From positions 382,364 through 446,363 of the forward strand of contig CAVYKI010000002.1 of the NCBI GenBank assembly GCA_963769025.1: a DNA stretch of 64,000 nt. The letters are read 5' to 3'. The notes beneath the pieces are model-generated. The model was not told the origin of the DNA. It did no database searches and worked only from the letters and a program-made list of their open reading frames with translations. The stretch is from an uncultured Verrucomicrobiae bacterium (GTDB lineage: Bacteria; Verrucomicrobiota; Verrucomicrobiia; Chthoniobacterales; Chthoniobacteraceae). This document shows positions 50,927-61,207 of the stretch, piece after piece (position 1 is the stretch's first letter; the number at the start of each line of letters is the position of its first letter). The position numbers were made by a program, and so were the translations under genes.

Positions 50927-51372
50927 GGCTCCTGCGCCCGGCAATCTGAACGCCGGGCGCGCCGTCCGTGGATCGACGGACCTAATACGGTAGGCGCGAG
51001 CGCTCCTGATGGTTTCCGCGGAAGTTCGCGACTGCTGCAGTGGAGCGGGTGCCCATTTTGAATGGGCATGCCGCTCCGCTGCGGCGGGGCAGGCCATTTT
51101 TGCCGCGGATGCGGTATTTCCTTCTGGCTCCGGCGCGCGGCGAAGTCGTCGGAACCTCACCGGACTCGCAGGTGCAGGTGGGGGATTGTCATTGCCCATC
51201 TCCATCGTTGGCGAGGCGCCCCGCATCTCCGGTGATGCAACTGCGACTGCAGCGGAACAGCGGGGACTATCCTGATCAGAACGTCCCGAGAGCGTGACCA
51301 CGACGGGAGGGCAGAGCGTCCGAAAACAATTGCACACATCCGGGGGCCTGCGACGCTGCGTTAATGATCACC

Positions 51373-52224
51373 ATGAACACGACATCCCGGCCCCGCACTC
51401 ACGGCATCTTTCTGACGCTCCTCGGCGCGGTGTTGCTCACTTGCTCCGGTTTTGCGGCGGCCCCCATCAAGGTGGAACTCGACCTCAATAACGATGGGAA
51501 CACGGATCTCCTCTTTCAGGGCAGCTCCGGCAATGTGGTCGTGTGGTACATGGACGGGATGGGAAACGTCAGTTCCACTGGATATGTCTATGACGGCAGC
51601 CTCGGGGGCTGGGAGATCAAAGGGCATGCGGACCTGAATGGAGATCGCAATATCGATATCATTTTCCAGCACACCTCAGGATTTGTCGCAATATGGTATA
51701 TGGACGGCAGCGGCGGCGTCAACTCGGCCGCCTTGTTCTATAATGGAAGCCTCGGGGAGTGGAAGATTGTCGCCGCTGCAGACATCAACAGTGACAACTT
51801 CTCCGACCTCGTCTTCCAGAACGCATCAGGCCATATCGCCGTGTGGTATCTCGACGGCAACGGGAGCGTCACCTCTACCGCCATGCTCTCCAGCGCGGGC
51901 CTCGGGGATTGGAAGGTCGTCGCCGCTGTCGATATCAACAGGGACGCATACACCGACCTGGTCTTTCAGAACGATTCGGGCCAGATCGGCGTGTGGTATC
52001 GGGACAGCGCCGGTAACGTCGCCTCTACCGCGCTGCTTTACAGTGGAAGTCTCGGGGATTGGAAATTGGTCGCCGCTGGAGACATCAATAATGACGGCAA
52101 CTTCGATCTTCTCTTCCAGAGCGCTTCCGGGCAGGTCGTCGTGTGGTATCTGGACGGCAGCGGGAACGTGACTTCTGCGGCCTACCTTTACACGGGAAGC
52201 CTCGGCGATTGGATCCTCCGCTGA
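51373..52224 (+). CDS. secreted FG-GAP/VCBS-repeat beta-propeller protein, paralog 1
   Basis: Five ~50-aa repeats DxNxDGxxDLxFQ...VWY...LGxW. Confidence 0.88.
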   Translation: MNTTSRPRTHGIFLTLLGAVLLTCSGFAAAPIKVELDLNNDGNTDLLFQGSSGNVVVWYMDGMGNVSSTGYVYDGSLGGWEIKGHADLNGDRNIDIIFQHTSGFVAIWYMDGSGGVNSAALFYNGSLGEWKIVAAADINSDNFSDLVFQNASGHIAVWYLDGNGSVTSTAMLSSAGLGDWKVVAAVDINRDAYTDLVFQNDSGQIGVWYRDSAGNVASTALLYSGSLGDWKLVAAGDINNDGNFDLLFQSASGQVVVWYLDGSGNVTSAAYLYTGSLGDWILR

Positions 52225-52467
52225 GTCATCGTCGCGCGCAGTCCTGTGCCATTCGGATGTGCCCGGCAGGGGCCGCGCGCGATTTCCCCGTGCGGCGTGT
52301 CGGAGTTCCCGCATCGCGTTCGGGGCGGGCGAGGCGTCCTCACATGACCCACCCGGCCCGGCCAAGAGCGTTCCGTCCGGATAAAAACGATGAGTCCGGC
52401 GCCATGGGGGGCACCGGCCAAAAGTTTCATACGGCCGGATGCAGGCGGCGATGCGTAACTGATCGCT

Positions 52468-53325
52468 ATGAACACCACCTCTCGGCCTCGCACTCACGGA
52501 ATGTTATTGGCGCTCATCGGCGCGCTGCTGCTCACATTCTCCAGTTCGGTCTCAGCCATTCCCGTTTTGGGTGTGGGACTGGACCTCAATAATGATGGCA
52601 ACGCGGATCTTCTTTTTCAGAATCCCGCCGGCAATGTCGCCGTGTGGTATATGGACGGCTCGGGAAACATCAGCTCCACCGGATACATTTATGACGGCAG
52701 CCTCGGGGGGTGGGTAATAAAGGGGAATGCGGACCTGAATGGTGACGGCAATGTCGATCTCATCTTTCAGCACACGTCAGGCTCCGTTGCGGTGTGGTAT
52801 TTGAATGGCAGCGGCGTCGTCGACTCGTCAGTGTTGCTCCACTCTGGAACCCTCGGGGACTGGACAATTGTTGCCGCTGCGGACGTCAACAGCGATGGTT
52901 TCGCCGATCTTATCTTTCAGAACGCTTCGGGCCAGATCGCCGTGTGGTATACGAACGGCAGCGGCGGCGTAACCTCTGCCGGCTTGCTCCACACCGAGAG
53001 CCTCGGGGACTGGAAGGTAGTCGCCGCGGTAGATATCAACAGGGATGGATACACGGACTTTGTTTTTCAGAACGGTTCCGGCCAGATCGCCGTCTGGTAT
53101 CGCGACCTCAACGGCAATGTCATCCTGACTGCTTTCATCTATAGTGGAAGCCTCGGAGATTGGAAGGTGGTTGGCGCCAGAGATTTCAACAATGACGGCT
53201 TCTTCGACCTTCTTTTCCAAAACGAATCCGGCCAAGTGGCCGTTTGGTATCTGTCGGGCACGGGGATCGTGACCGGTACCGCCTACCTCTACACGGGCAG
53301 CCTGGGCGATTGGCGCCTTCGTTAA
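52468..53325 (+). CDS. secreted FG-GAP/VCBS-repeat beta-propeller protein, paralog 2
   Basis: Same five repeats; identical N-terminal MNTTSRPRTHG. Confidence 0.88.
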   Translation: MNTTSRPRTHGMLLALIGALLLTFSSSVSAIPVLGVGLDLNNDGNADLLFQNPAGNVAVWYMDGSGNISSTGYIYDGSLGGWVIKGNADLNGDGNVDLIFQHTSGSVAVWYLNGSGVVDSSVLLHSGTLGDWTIVAAADVNSDGFADLIFQNASGQIAVWYTNGSGGVTSAGLLHTESLGDWKVVAAVDINRDGYTDFVFQNGSGQIAVWYRDLNGNVILTAFIYSGSLGDWKVVGARDFNNDGFFDLLFQNESGQVAVWYLSGTGIVTGTAYLYTGSLGDWRLR

Positions 53326-53478
53326 GAGGCGGAGGCGCGGGGTGCTTTCGGCTCGGGTCGGATCGGCAGATCCAGAGCAGCGGCAAAGCGGGACTGAAAT
53401 GAGAGGGGACACCCGCGCGCGGGCGACCTCAGAGGCACCGCTGAGGGATTCCGGAAGGACTGGGTGTCTCTGCGAATT

Positions 53479-53502
53479 CGGCGACTTGGAAGTCGTCGCT
53501 CC
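53479..53502 (-). repeat. single REP-like palindrome
   Basis: Minus strand GGAG-CGACGACTT-CC-AAGTCGCCG. Confidence 0.45.
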
Positions 53503-53581
53503 GGCTTGACTGGAGTGCATCCGCGGGCGCAAATGCGCGCCCTTTCCTACGAACCCACGCAACCATCCATCCACTCCCATC

Positions 53582-54433
53582 ATGCGCTTCGGCATCAATT
53601 CCTTCCTCTACGTCAGCCCTTTTACCACCGCGAGCGTGAAGCTCTTTCCGCAGTTTAAGAAGTGGGGATTCGACACGGTGGAGATCCCGGTGGAGGCGCC
53701 GGAGCACATCGATCCCGTAGCGGTGAAGAAGGCAGCGGACAAGGCCGGGCTGGCGATCGGGAGCATCTGCGCATGCATGGGTCCCGGGCGCGATTTTCGC
53801 GGGACGGCGGCGGAGCAGAAGACTGCGAGCACGTATGTGAAGAAGCTGATCGACCAGGCGGCGATCATGGGCTGCCCGAGCGTCATCGGGCCGATCTATT
53901 CCGTGGTGGGAAAGGCGGACGCGGTGGAGCCGGCGCAGCAGAACAAGGAGTTCGCGCTTGTGGTGAAGAACCTGAAGCCGCTGGCGAAGTACGCGGAGAA
54001 GAAGGGCGTGACGCTTTGCATCGAGCCGCTGAACCGGTTTGAGACGGATTTCCTGAACACGTGCGACAAGGGGCTGAAGCTCATCAAGGCCGTCGGGAGC
54101 AAGGCGGTGAAGCTGCACCTGGATACGTTCCACATGAACATCGAGGAGAAGAACCAGGCGGCGGCGATCGTGAAGGCGGGCAGCCAGCTCGGGCATTTCC
54201 ACGCGTGCGGCAGCGACCGCGGGACGCCCGGTGGCGATCACATCGACTGGAAGCCGATCGTGAATGCGCTGAGGAAGATCAAATACAAGGGCGACGTGGT
54301 GATCGAGAGCTTCACGACGGACGTGAAGGTGATCGCGCGCGCCGCGGCCATCTGGCGGAAAATCGAGCCGAACCGGAACGACATCGCGGTGAAGGGGCTG
54401 AAGAACCTGAAGAAGTTCTTCGGAAAGAAGTAG
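53582..54433 (+). CDS. D-psicose/D-tagatose 3-epimerase-like sugar isomerase
   Basis: EPLNRFET, HLDTFHMNIEE, RGTPG, IESF. Confidence 0.88.
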   Translation: MRFGINSFLYVSPFTTASVKLFPQFKKWGFDTVEIPVEAPEHIDPVAVKKAADKAGLAIGSICACMGPGRDFRGTAAEQKTASTYVKKLIDQAAIMGCPSVIGPIYSVVGKADAVEPAQQNKEFALVVKNLKPLAKYAEKKGVTLCIEPLNRFETDFLNTCDKGLKLIKAVGSKAVKLHLDTFHMNIEEKNQAAAIVKAGSQLGHFHACGSDRGTPGGDHIDWKPIVNALRKIKYKGDVVIESFTTDVKVIARAAAIWRKIEPNRNDIAVKGLKNLKKFFGKK

Positions 54434-54476
54434 GCTGCGTCCGACTGCCTGCCGGCGTGCAGCCGCACTGGTCGCG

Positions 54477-54677
54477 CTATAACTCCGCCGGGCTGCGATC
54501 GAGAAAGTAGAGCATGAGCGCGATGGCGCCGATGGCCGCGATCACGCAAAGGGCCGGGACGACGAGGCCGATCCAGCCGCGCGGAGTCTTGGCATGGCAC
54601 TCCGGGCAATGATCCGCGTAGTCGGAGAACACGCGCTTGCACTTTTTGCAGCGGATGATCCTGGGCTGGGTGAACAT
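54477..54677 (-). CDS. small zinc-ribbon membrane protein
   Basis: CKKC...CPEC followed by one transmembrane helix. Confidence 0.65.
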   Translation of the reverse strand: MFTQPRIIRCKKCKRVFSDYADHCPECHAKTPRGWIGLVVPALCVIAAIGAIALMLYFLDRSPAEL

Positions 54678-54795
54678 CGTTCCCGGTAGCACGTCGGGGG
54701 CGGATTGTCACGGGATGCGGCGGCGTGCCGCTTTTTGAATGGCCGTGAGGGAATCCGCCGATGACGGCGCGCGCCGCGTGAGGTATGCAGCGCGG

Positions 54796-55458
54796 GTGCT
54801 GTTTGAACATATCACCGAGATCCGCGACGAGACGCCACGCTCTGCGCCGCTGAACATGGCGCTGGACGAGGTACTGCTGGAGGAGATCCGTGATCCGTTG
54901 CTGCGCATTTACCGATGGGAACGGCCGGCGGTGTCGTTCGGTTATTTTGGAAAATACGCGCCGGTCGCCGCTGCGTGGCCGGAGCGCGCGATCGTCCGGC
55001 GGATGACGGGTGGCGGTGTCGTGCCGCACGGGCTCGACCTCACCTATTCACTCATCGTGCCGGCGGGGCACGCGTTCGCCGGGCGAGGTCCGCGCGACGT
55101 GTACAGAGCGGTTCACGAGGGCATCGGCGCTTTTCTCGCCAGAGAGGGCGAGTCGGCTGCACTTGCGTCGGCGCCGAAGCGCGAGGGGACCGGCGTGTGT
55201 TTCGAGAGCCCGGCGGAATTCGATCTCCTCTCGCGTGGCAGAAAAATCGCGGGGGCCGCGCTGCGCCGGACACGGCACGGGCTGCTGCTGCAGGGAAGCA
55301 TCCAGGAACTCCCCGGGCTGGAAAATTTGCGCAGCTGTCTCGTGTCCGCCTTTGCCACCGACGTGCTCGCCGCGGAACTTACGCCCAAGCAACTCGCCAC
55401 CGCTGACTCGCTGGCGCTGGAAAAATACGGGACGCCTGCCTGGACCACGCGCGTGTGA
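54796..55458 (+). CDS. lipoate-protein ligase A / LipM-like protein
   Basis: NMALDE, LRIYRW..P.VSFGYF, VRR.TGGG.V.H, KIAGAA, LLQGSI. Confidence 0.85.
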   Translation: MLFEHITEIRDETPRSAPLNMALDEVLLEEIRDPLLRIYRWERPAVSFGYFGKYAPVAAAWPERAIVRRMTGGGVVPHGLDLTYSLIVPAGHAFAGRGPRDVYRAVHEGIGAFLAREGESAALASAPKREGTGVCFESPAEFDLLSRGRKIAGAALRRTRHGLLLQGSIQELPGLENLRSCLVSAFATDVLAAELTPKQLATADSLALEKYGTPAWTTRV

Positions 55459-55497
55459 GCGGACTCGGGCCGAGTCGGATTTCGTACCCCGCACTCC

Positions 55498-58400
55498 TCA
55501 CGGGCTGGTAATCAACAGCCGCGTGAAGATCTGCGTGTTCGTCCCGATGGGGACGCTGAATGTATGAGTGCTGCCGTTGACCGTTTCGGTCATGGGCAAC
55601 CAGTCGCCGGTCGCCAGATCCGCCTTCCACTCCGCTCCGTAGGTGACGCCGCTGACACCGTCCGGCTTGGTGACGGTGATGACGTAGTCCGGGCCGACCA
55701 TCTCGGGTTGCGGCAGCATGCCTGCATTCGTGTGCGCTGGGTCTTGGTTGGGGCCCAAGACGGCGAAGACCGCAAGGTTTGGGACGCCGGTTTCATACGG
55801 ATCGGCGTCGTCCGCAGCACTGCCGGCATTGTTCGCGGTGCCGAGGAACTGCTGGCGCCAGTTTTCCAAAGTGGTGAGTCCGGTGCCGGTGAGGGCGATG
55901 TCGTAGCTTCCATTGCTGCCGGCGACGTTGCTGGTGATGTGCAGCGCGGCGGTCTTTGGTCCGAGGGAGGCAGGATGGAATTGCACGGTGAACACGGTCG
56001 TGCCAAACGGCGACACGGGTGCGACCGGATCCGCGGTGACGGTGAACGCGGAACGATCGGGCCCGTCGATGGCGATGCCGAGGCCGGTGAGGTTCGCGGT
56101 GCCGGTGTTTTGGATCGTGAAGGTGTGACTGGCATTGGCGCCGGGGAGCGCGCCGGGGACGGTCACGGTGCTGATGCCGTCGAAGACGTTCACGGACGGG
56201 GAGGTCTGCACACTGATTCCAGGGCCATCGCCGAGGAAGCGCGCGACGGCGAAATCGTTGAAGATTCCGTACATGGAGCCTCCCACGAGGATCTTCCCGT
56301 CGCCTTGGAGGGCCATGCAGTTTGCCACTTCATCGCTCGTGCCGAAGTCCGCGGTGGCGATGCCTGTGCCGTGGAAGGTCGTGTCGGGCATGCCGTCGGC
56401 CTTGTAGCGCAGGAGCGCGAACCTGTGCCCGGCATCGGTGACTGTGGTGCCGGAGACGACGATCTTCCCGTCGCTCTGCAACGCCACGCCGCTGGCGAAG
56501 TCGTCGCCGGTACCGATCGCAGTGATCGCTGTTCCCGTGCCGTTGAAGGTCATGTCGAATGTGCCGGGCATGCCGGTGGCGATGTCCCCGTGGAAGCGGG
56601 CGACGGCAAAGTCGTAGTTGGTGCCTGCGGAAGACATGCCTGCGGTGACGATCTTCCCGTCGGGTTGCACCGCGATGCCGTAGATGGCGTCGATGTCCGT
56701 GCCAAGGCTCACGACGAGTTTCCCGGTGCCGTTGAAGGTCGTGTCCAGCGTGCCGTTGGAGTTGTAGCGGGCGATTGCGGATTCAATGCTGTTGCCGATG
56801 CCCCTCTGTCCGGCGACGAGGATTTTCCCATCCGCCTGGATCGTCATGCAACTGGGGAAATCGTCGCCGCCCATGTGCGTGGTGACGATGCCTGTCCCGC
56901 CGAAAGCGGTGTCTGGCGTGCCCGGCGTGCCGGTGGATACGTCCCCATGGTAGCGCACGATCGCGAAGTCGTAGTCGGTGCCGTTCTGTGCGTAGCCGGC
57001 GACGAGGATTTTCCCGTCGCTCTGAACCGCGATGCAACTGGCGCTCGCGCCGCGGGGTTGGAATGGAGGGACGGGGAACTGCGTGATGACTTTGCCCGTG
57101 CCGTTGAAGGTTGTATCGGGCGATCCGTCGGCGTTGTAGCGAACGAGGCCGAAGTCGCTGGCGATGTTGTTGCCCGCCGTGCCAGCGACGACGATCTTGC
57201 CGTCGCCCTGCACCGCAACGGCCGTTGCATTGTCGCCGGAGCCTGCGAGGTCGGTGAGCACGCTCCCGGTGCCCGCGCCGAAAGTCGTGTCGGGCGATCC
57301 GTCGGGGTTGTGGCGCACGACAGCGAAGTCGTCGTCGTTGCCATTCGTCGCGGCGCCGACGGCCACGATTTTCCCATCGGGCTGAAGTGTCATGCCGTAG
57401 ATGTAGTTGTACCCGCCGAGATCCGTGCTCTGCATCCCGGTTCCGTTGAAGCTGAGGTCCAGATTCCCCGGCACCGGCCCGGCGCGCGTGACGGTGACGG
57501 TGTAGGGCTGCTGCGTCGTGCCATCGAGCGCGGTGACGACGATGGTGATCACATTGACGCCGATGTTGAGCGCGATCGGTTCGGTGTTGCCCCCCGAGGT
57601 CACGCTCACGCCGTTCACCGTCACCGATCCGATGCCCGTCGATGCCGTGGGACTGAGCCACAGGCTCGCGGTCTCAAATGAAAGGCTCATCGTGTAAGCG
57701 AAGACATTCCGGTCAAACGCCGGCGACAGCGTGCCGGTGCCAAAGCCGAGATCGTAGAGCCGCGCCTCGTGCGGGTCGGGCGTGGTGAAGGTCATGTCCC
57801 GCCCGTAGGTCGTGCCGATGTTGTTCTTTGCCCGGAGGCGGTAGTGATACGTGACGCTGTCACCGGTCACGGGGATTTGCACCTGCACGTAACCGAAGCT
57901 GTTCGCCGCCGCGTAGCCTGGCAGCGTCACCGTGCTGCCGTAGTCGGTGCCGGGGCCGTATTCGAAAGCGATCGTCGTGATCGGCCCGTTGTTTGCCGTC
58001 GCGAAGCCCGAGAGCACGGCGGTCGTCTGGGTGATCTCGAGCGCCTTGTCCGTGCTCGCGGCGGGGAAGCCGATCGCGGGCGTGGTGAAAGTGACGTCCG
58101 GGCCAAACACGTAGCCGTTCGGGCCGAGGGCGCGCGTGCGGTAGTGGTAAGTCGTGCCGGGGCTCAGGCCGTTGCGGGTGCCGCTCACGGCCGTGATGTT
58201 GCTCCCGGTGACCGTGGAAGGATAGGCGCTGGCCCCCGAGAGGTACTGGGTCGTGGTGCCGAATTGAAAGTCCACGTTCGCGCTTGCCCCGTTCGCGTTC
58301 ACGGTGCCGTTGAGCTGCGCGTAGCGGCGCTCCACCATCGTCGGCGCGAGCGTGTTTGCGGTCGGGTCGCCGGGCTGGTCGGCGGTGGTGAAGCTCTCGG

Positions 58401-61059
58401 GCGGGTCGCTGACGGCCACCCCGCCGGCGTTCTGCGCGCGGACGCGGTAATAGTAGGTGGTGTTGCCCGCTAGCCCGGAAATCTGCGCATGCACGCCGCC
58501 GGCGATGGTCGTGATCGCGCCTTCCCACACCGGTGCGCTCGATCCGCAATCCGGAGTCGTCCCGTACTCGAAGGTCACCACCGTGCTGGAATTGTCCGGA
58601 TTCACGTCGGCGTAGAAAGTGGCGCTGGACGACGTCACGGAGCTGGTGCCAAGGCCGATGATCGCGGGCGCGTGCGGCAGCGTGGTGAAAGTGGCATCGG
58701 CACCGACCTTCACGCCCTCGGCGGTGGTCGTCTTCACGCGGTAGTGATACGTCGTGTTCAGGCTCAGCCCGGAGAGCGTCGCACCCACGGCCGTGTCCGT
58801 GACGCACGCGAGGGGCGAGGGCGTGGCGTTGCGCACGCTGCCGTAGCTGGTGGTGAGGCCGTATTCGAACTGCACGGTGGCGGTCAGGCCGTTTGTGTTC
58901 ACCGTGCCCCCGACGGTCGCGCCGGTCAGCGTGATGCCCGACGCCGCGCCCGTGATTGGATGCACCGAGGCCGGCAGGAGCGCGGCGGTGCGGACATTGT
59001 CCAACTGAAAGAAGGCGAGCCCCGGAGAGCCCTCGGCAACAATCAGGTCGAAGCACACGCGGACCGTCGTTCCCGCGAACGCCGACAAATCCACCGCCCG
59101 CGTCAGCGGTCCGCTGTCGAGCGTCTTCGTGCCGGATGAAGCCGTCAGGATCACCGTGCGCTGCAAAACCGTCCCGCCACCGGCGGGCTCGATGGTGACC
59201 GCGAAGGTACGCGGAGGCAGCGAGGGCGAATAGGCGAGCATGTCCCAGCCGACGCGATAATCGAACCGCACGAACGGCTCAGCCGCGGTCACGGCCACAT
59301 CATGCGCGAGCCGGACGACTCCCGGCGAGGCCCCGGTGAAGCCCGAGGTCGCCGAGAAGTTGCCGTCGGTCGCGTCGGTGGTGAAGAGGCCGTTGCCCGG
59401 AGTGTAGCCGTCGTCCTGGACGCGGAGGGATTTGAACGGCGAGTTGATGTCCGAGACGCTCCAGTTGGTGAAGCCGTTCTCGAAGCTCCCGTTGCCGATG
59501 AGAGTCCCCGTCGTGAGGCTGCCTGGCGGGGCCGGGGAGGAGACGATGGCGAGGCTGTGGACCGCATTCGGTCCGCTGAATGCCGCGGTGAAACGCTCGC
59601 CGGACAGCAGCGCCGAGGTGTTCACGGGCCACGGTTCGTTGCGCTGCGTGGTGTTGCCCGTTCCCAATTCGCCGGAGCCGTTTTTTCCGCACGCCGCGAG
59701 CGTGCCATCGGAGCACAGGATGAGGCTGTGCGAGAGGCCTCCGGCGATTGCGGTCACGGTCTTGCCGTTGAGCGCTTGGGCAGGAGTTATCGCGACGGGG
59801 AGGATGCTGTCGAATCCGCCGTTGCCGAGCTGGCCATAGCTGCCTTGCCCCCAAGCCGCGACGGTGCCATCCGCGCAGAGGGCGAGGCTGTGCAGCGCCC
59901 CCGCGGCGACGGTTGTGACCGTCTTGCCGGTAAGCTGCGAAGCGCCGGACGCCGTCACGCCCACCGGCACGTTGCTCGCAGTCGTGCTTCCGTCGCCGAG
60001 CTGTCCGAAGAAATTGTCGCCCCATGCGGCGAGGGTGCCGTTAGCGCAGAGCGCGAGACAGTGGTTTTGCCCGGCTGCGATCGCGCTCACCGTGGTTCCC
60101 GAGAGCACGCCGGTGGTGATTACGAGAGTCGGGACCGTGCTGCCGGCCGTGCCGCCATTGCCGAGCTGGCCGCTGGCGTTTGCACCCCACGTGGCCACCG
60201 CGCCGGTCGAGAGCAGCGCCATGCTGTGATTTTGTCCCGCGGCGATGGCCACGACTTTCTTGCCCGCGAGGGCGCCGGATGGGGAGACCTGCACGGGCAC
60301 CATGCTGGACGAGGTGCCGCCGATGCCGAGCTGGCCGGCACCGTTTGCGCCCCATGCGAAGACCGTCCCGTCCGAGCAAAGGGCGAGGCTGTGGTTTGCC
60401 CCTGCCGCGACGGCGACGACCCGCTTTGTGGAAAGCCCGCCCGCCGTGTTCACCGAGACGGCCACGTTGCTGGGCATCGTACTGTTGTTGCCGAGCTGGC
60501 CGGCGGAATTCGCTCCCCATGCTGCCAGCGCGCCGTTCGCGCACAACGCGAGGGTGTGCCTGTCTCCGGCGGAGAGCGCGACGATCGACTTCCCGGCGAG
60601 CACGCCCGTGGCCGTCACCGCCACCGGGAGATTGCTGGGGATGCCGGTCCCGTTGCCGAGCTGGCCGCCGATGTTGCCGCCCCACGACAGCGGCCGCACG
60701 TTTGCCCACTGCAGCACGAGGTCATTGCCCGTGCCGCCGGCGTAATTCGCCACGAAGGTGTATGGCAGCCCGCCGTAATTCAGCGTCACCGTCTGGCCGT
60801 CCGCGAGATTGGCGAAAGTCCCGTTCACCTGAAAGGCCGGGTTCGTGATTTTCACCACCGTGAGGTTCGTGCCGACGGGCGGCGCGAAATTGAGCGTGAA
60901 GTTTACCGTACCACCGGTCGCATCGTAGCCGCCACCCGGGCTTAGCGGCACGTCCGTCGCGGTATGATAGACCGCATTGAGGATCGCCGCCTGCGCACCC
61001 GCGAGGTGGAGGAACAGAATGCACAAGAGACTGAGGAGGCTTGGAAGACGGGTGTTCAT
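55498..61059 (-). CDS. large multidomain surface protein (RCC1 repeats, FN3-like, cadherin-like, Delta-60 repeats, Ig-like, C-terminal anchor-like domain)
   Basis: Signal peptide; ~7 WG.N..GQLG/AAG..HSLAL repeats; 4 FEYG...YHYR units; Q.DGKI.VAG...D.TF.GTG repeats; tail LENWRQQF...DADP. Confidence 0.9.
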   Translation of the reverse strand: MNTRLPSLLSLLCILFLHLAGAQAAILNAVYHTATDVPLSPGGGYDATGGTVNFTLNFAPPVGTNLTVVKITNPAFQVNGTFANLADGQTVTLNYGGLPYTFVANYAGGTGNDLVLQWANVRPLSWGGNIGGQLGNGTGIPSNLPVAVTATGVLAGKSIVALSAGDRHTLALCANGALAAWGANSAGQLGNNSTMPSNVAVSVNTAGGLSTKRVVAVAAGANHSLALCSDGTVFAWGANGAGQLGIGGTSSSMVPVQVSPSGALAGKKVVAIAAGQNHSMALLSTGAVATWGANASGQLGNGGTAGSTVPTLVITTGVLSGTTVSAIAAGQNHCLALCANGTLAAWGDNFFGQLGDGSTTASNVPVGVTASGASQLTGKTVTTVAAGALHSLALCADGTVAAWGQGSYGQLGNGGFDSILPVAITPAQALNGKTVTAIAGGLSHSLILCSDGTLAACGKNGSGELGTGNTTQRNEPWPVNTSALLSGERFTAAFSGPNAVHSLAIVSSPAPPGSLTTGTLIGNGSFENGFTNWSVSDINSPFKSLRVQDDGYTPGNGLFTTDATDGNFSATSGFTGASPGVVRLAHDVAVTAAEPFVRFDYRVGWDMLAYSPSLPPRTFAVTIEPAGGGTVLQRTVILTASSGTKTLDSGPLTRAVDLSAFAGTTVRVCFDLIVAEGSPGLAFFQLDNVRTAALLPASVHPITGAASGITLTGATVGGTVNTNGLTATVQFEYGLTTSYGSVRNATPSPLACVTDTAVGATLSGLSLNTTYHYRVKTTTAEGVKVGADATFTTLPHAPAIIGLGTSSVTSSSATFYADVNPDNSSTVVTFEYGTTPDCGSSAPVWEGAITTIAGGVHAQISGLAGNTTYYYRVRAQNAGGVAVSDPPESFTTADQPGDPTANTLAPTMVERRYAQLNGTVNANGASANVDFQFGTTTQYLSGASAYPSTVTGSNITAVSGTRNGLSPGTTYHYRTRALGPNGYVFGPDVTFTTPAIGFPAASTDKALEITQTTAVLSGFATANNGPITTIAFEYGPGTDYGSTVTLPGYAAANSFGYVQVQIPVTGDSVTYHYRLRAKNNIGTTYGRDMTFTTPDPHEARLYDLGFGTGTLSPAFDRNVFAYTMSLSFETASLWLSPTASTGIGSVTVNGVSVTSGGNTEPIALNIGVNVITIVVTALDGTTQQPYTVTVTRAGPVPGNLDLSFNGTGMQSTDLGGYNYIYGMTLQPDGKIVAVGAATNGNDDDFAVVRHNPDGSPDTTFGAGTGSVLTDLAGSGDNATAVAVQGDGKIVVAGTAGNNIASDFGLVRYNADGSPDTTFNGTGKVITQFPVPPFQPRGASASCIAVQSDGKILVAGYAQNGTDYDFAIVRYHGDVSTGTPGTPDTAFGGTGIVTTHMGGDDFPSCMTIQADGKILVAGQRGIGNSIESAIARYNSNGTLDTTFNGTGKLVVSLGTDIDAIYGIAVQPDGKIVTAGMSSAGTNYDFAVARFHGDIATGMPGTFDMTFNGTGTAITAIGTGDDFASGVALQSDGKIVVSGTTVTDAGHRFALLRYKADGMPDTTFHGTGIATADFGTSDEVANCMALQGDGKILVGGSMYGIFNDFAVARFLGDGPGISVQTSPSVNVFDGISTVTVPGALPGANASHTFTIQNTGTANLTGLGIAIDGPDRSAFTVTADPVAPVSPFGTTVFTVQFHPASLGPKTAALHITSNVAGSNGSYDIALTGTGLTTLENWRQQFLGTANNAGSAADDADPYETGVPNLAVFAVLGPNQDPAHTNAGMLPQPEMVGPDYVITVTKPDGVSGVTYGAEWKADLATGDWLPMTETVNGSTHTFSVPIGTNTQIFTRLLITSP

Positions 61060-61207
61060 TCTGGGTGAAAAAGCCTGAAAAAGGTCGCGCGGATGAATCA
61101 CAACGCGCCCAGGCATTCAACTCCGAACTCGAACCCCGCGCCCTGATTCCCACAGCGTTCCAAGGTTTCGTCGCGGCTGTTTCATTGAAGGAAAGCCCGT
61201 GCTCCGC

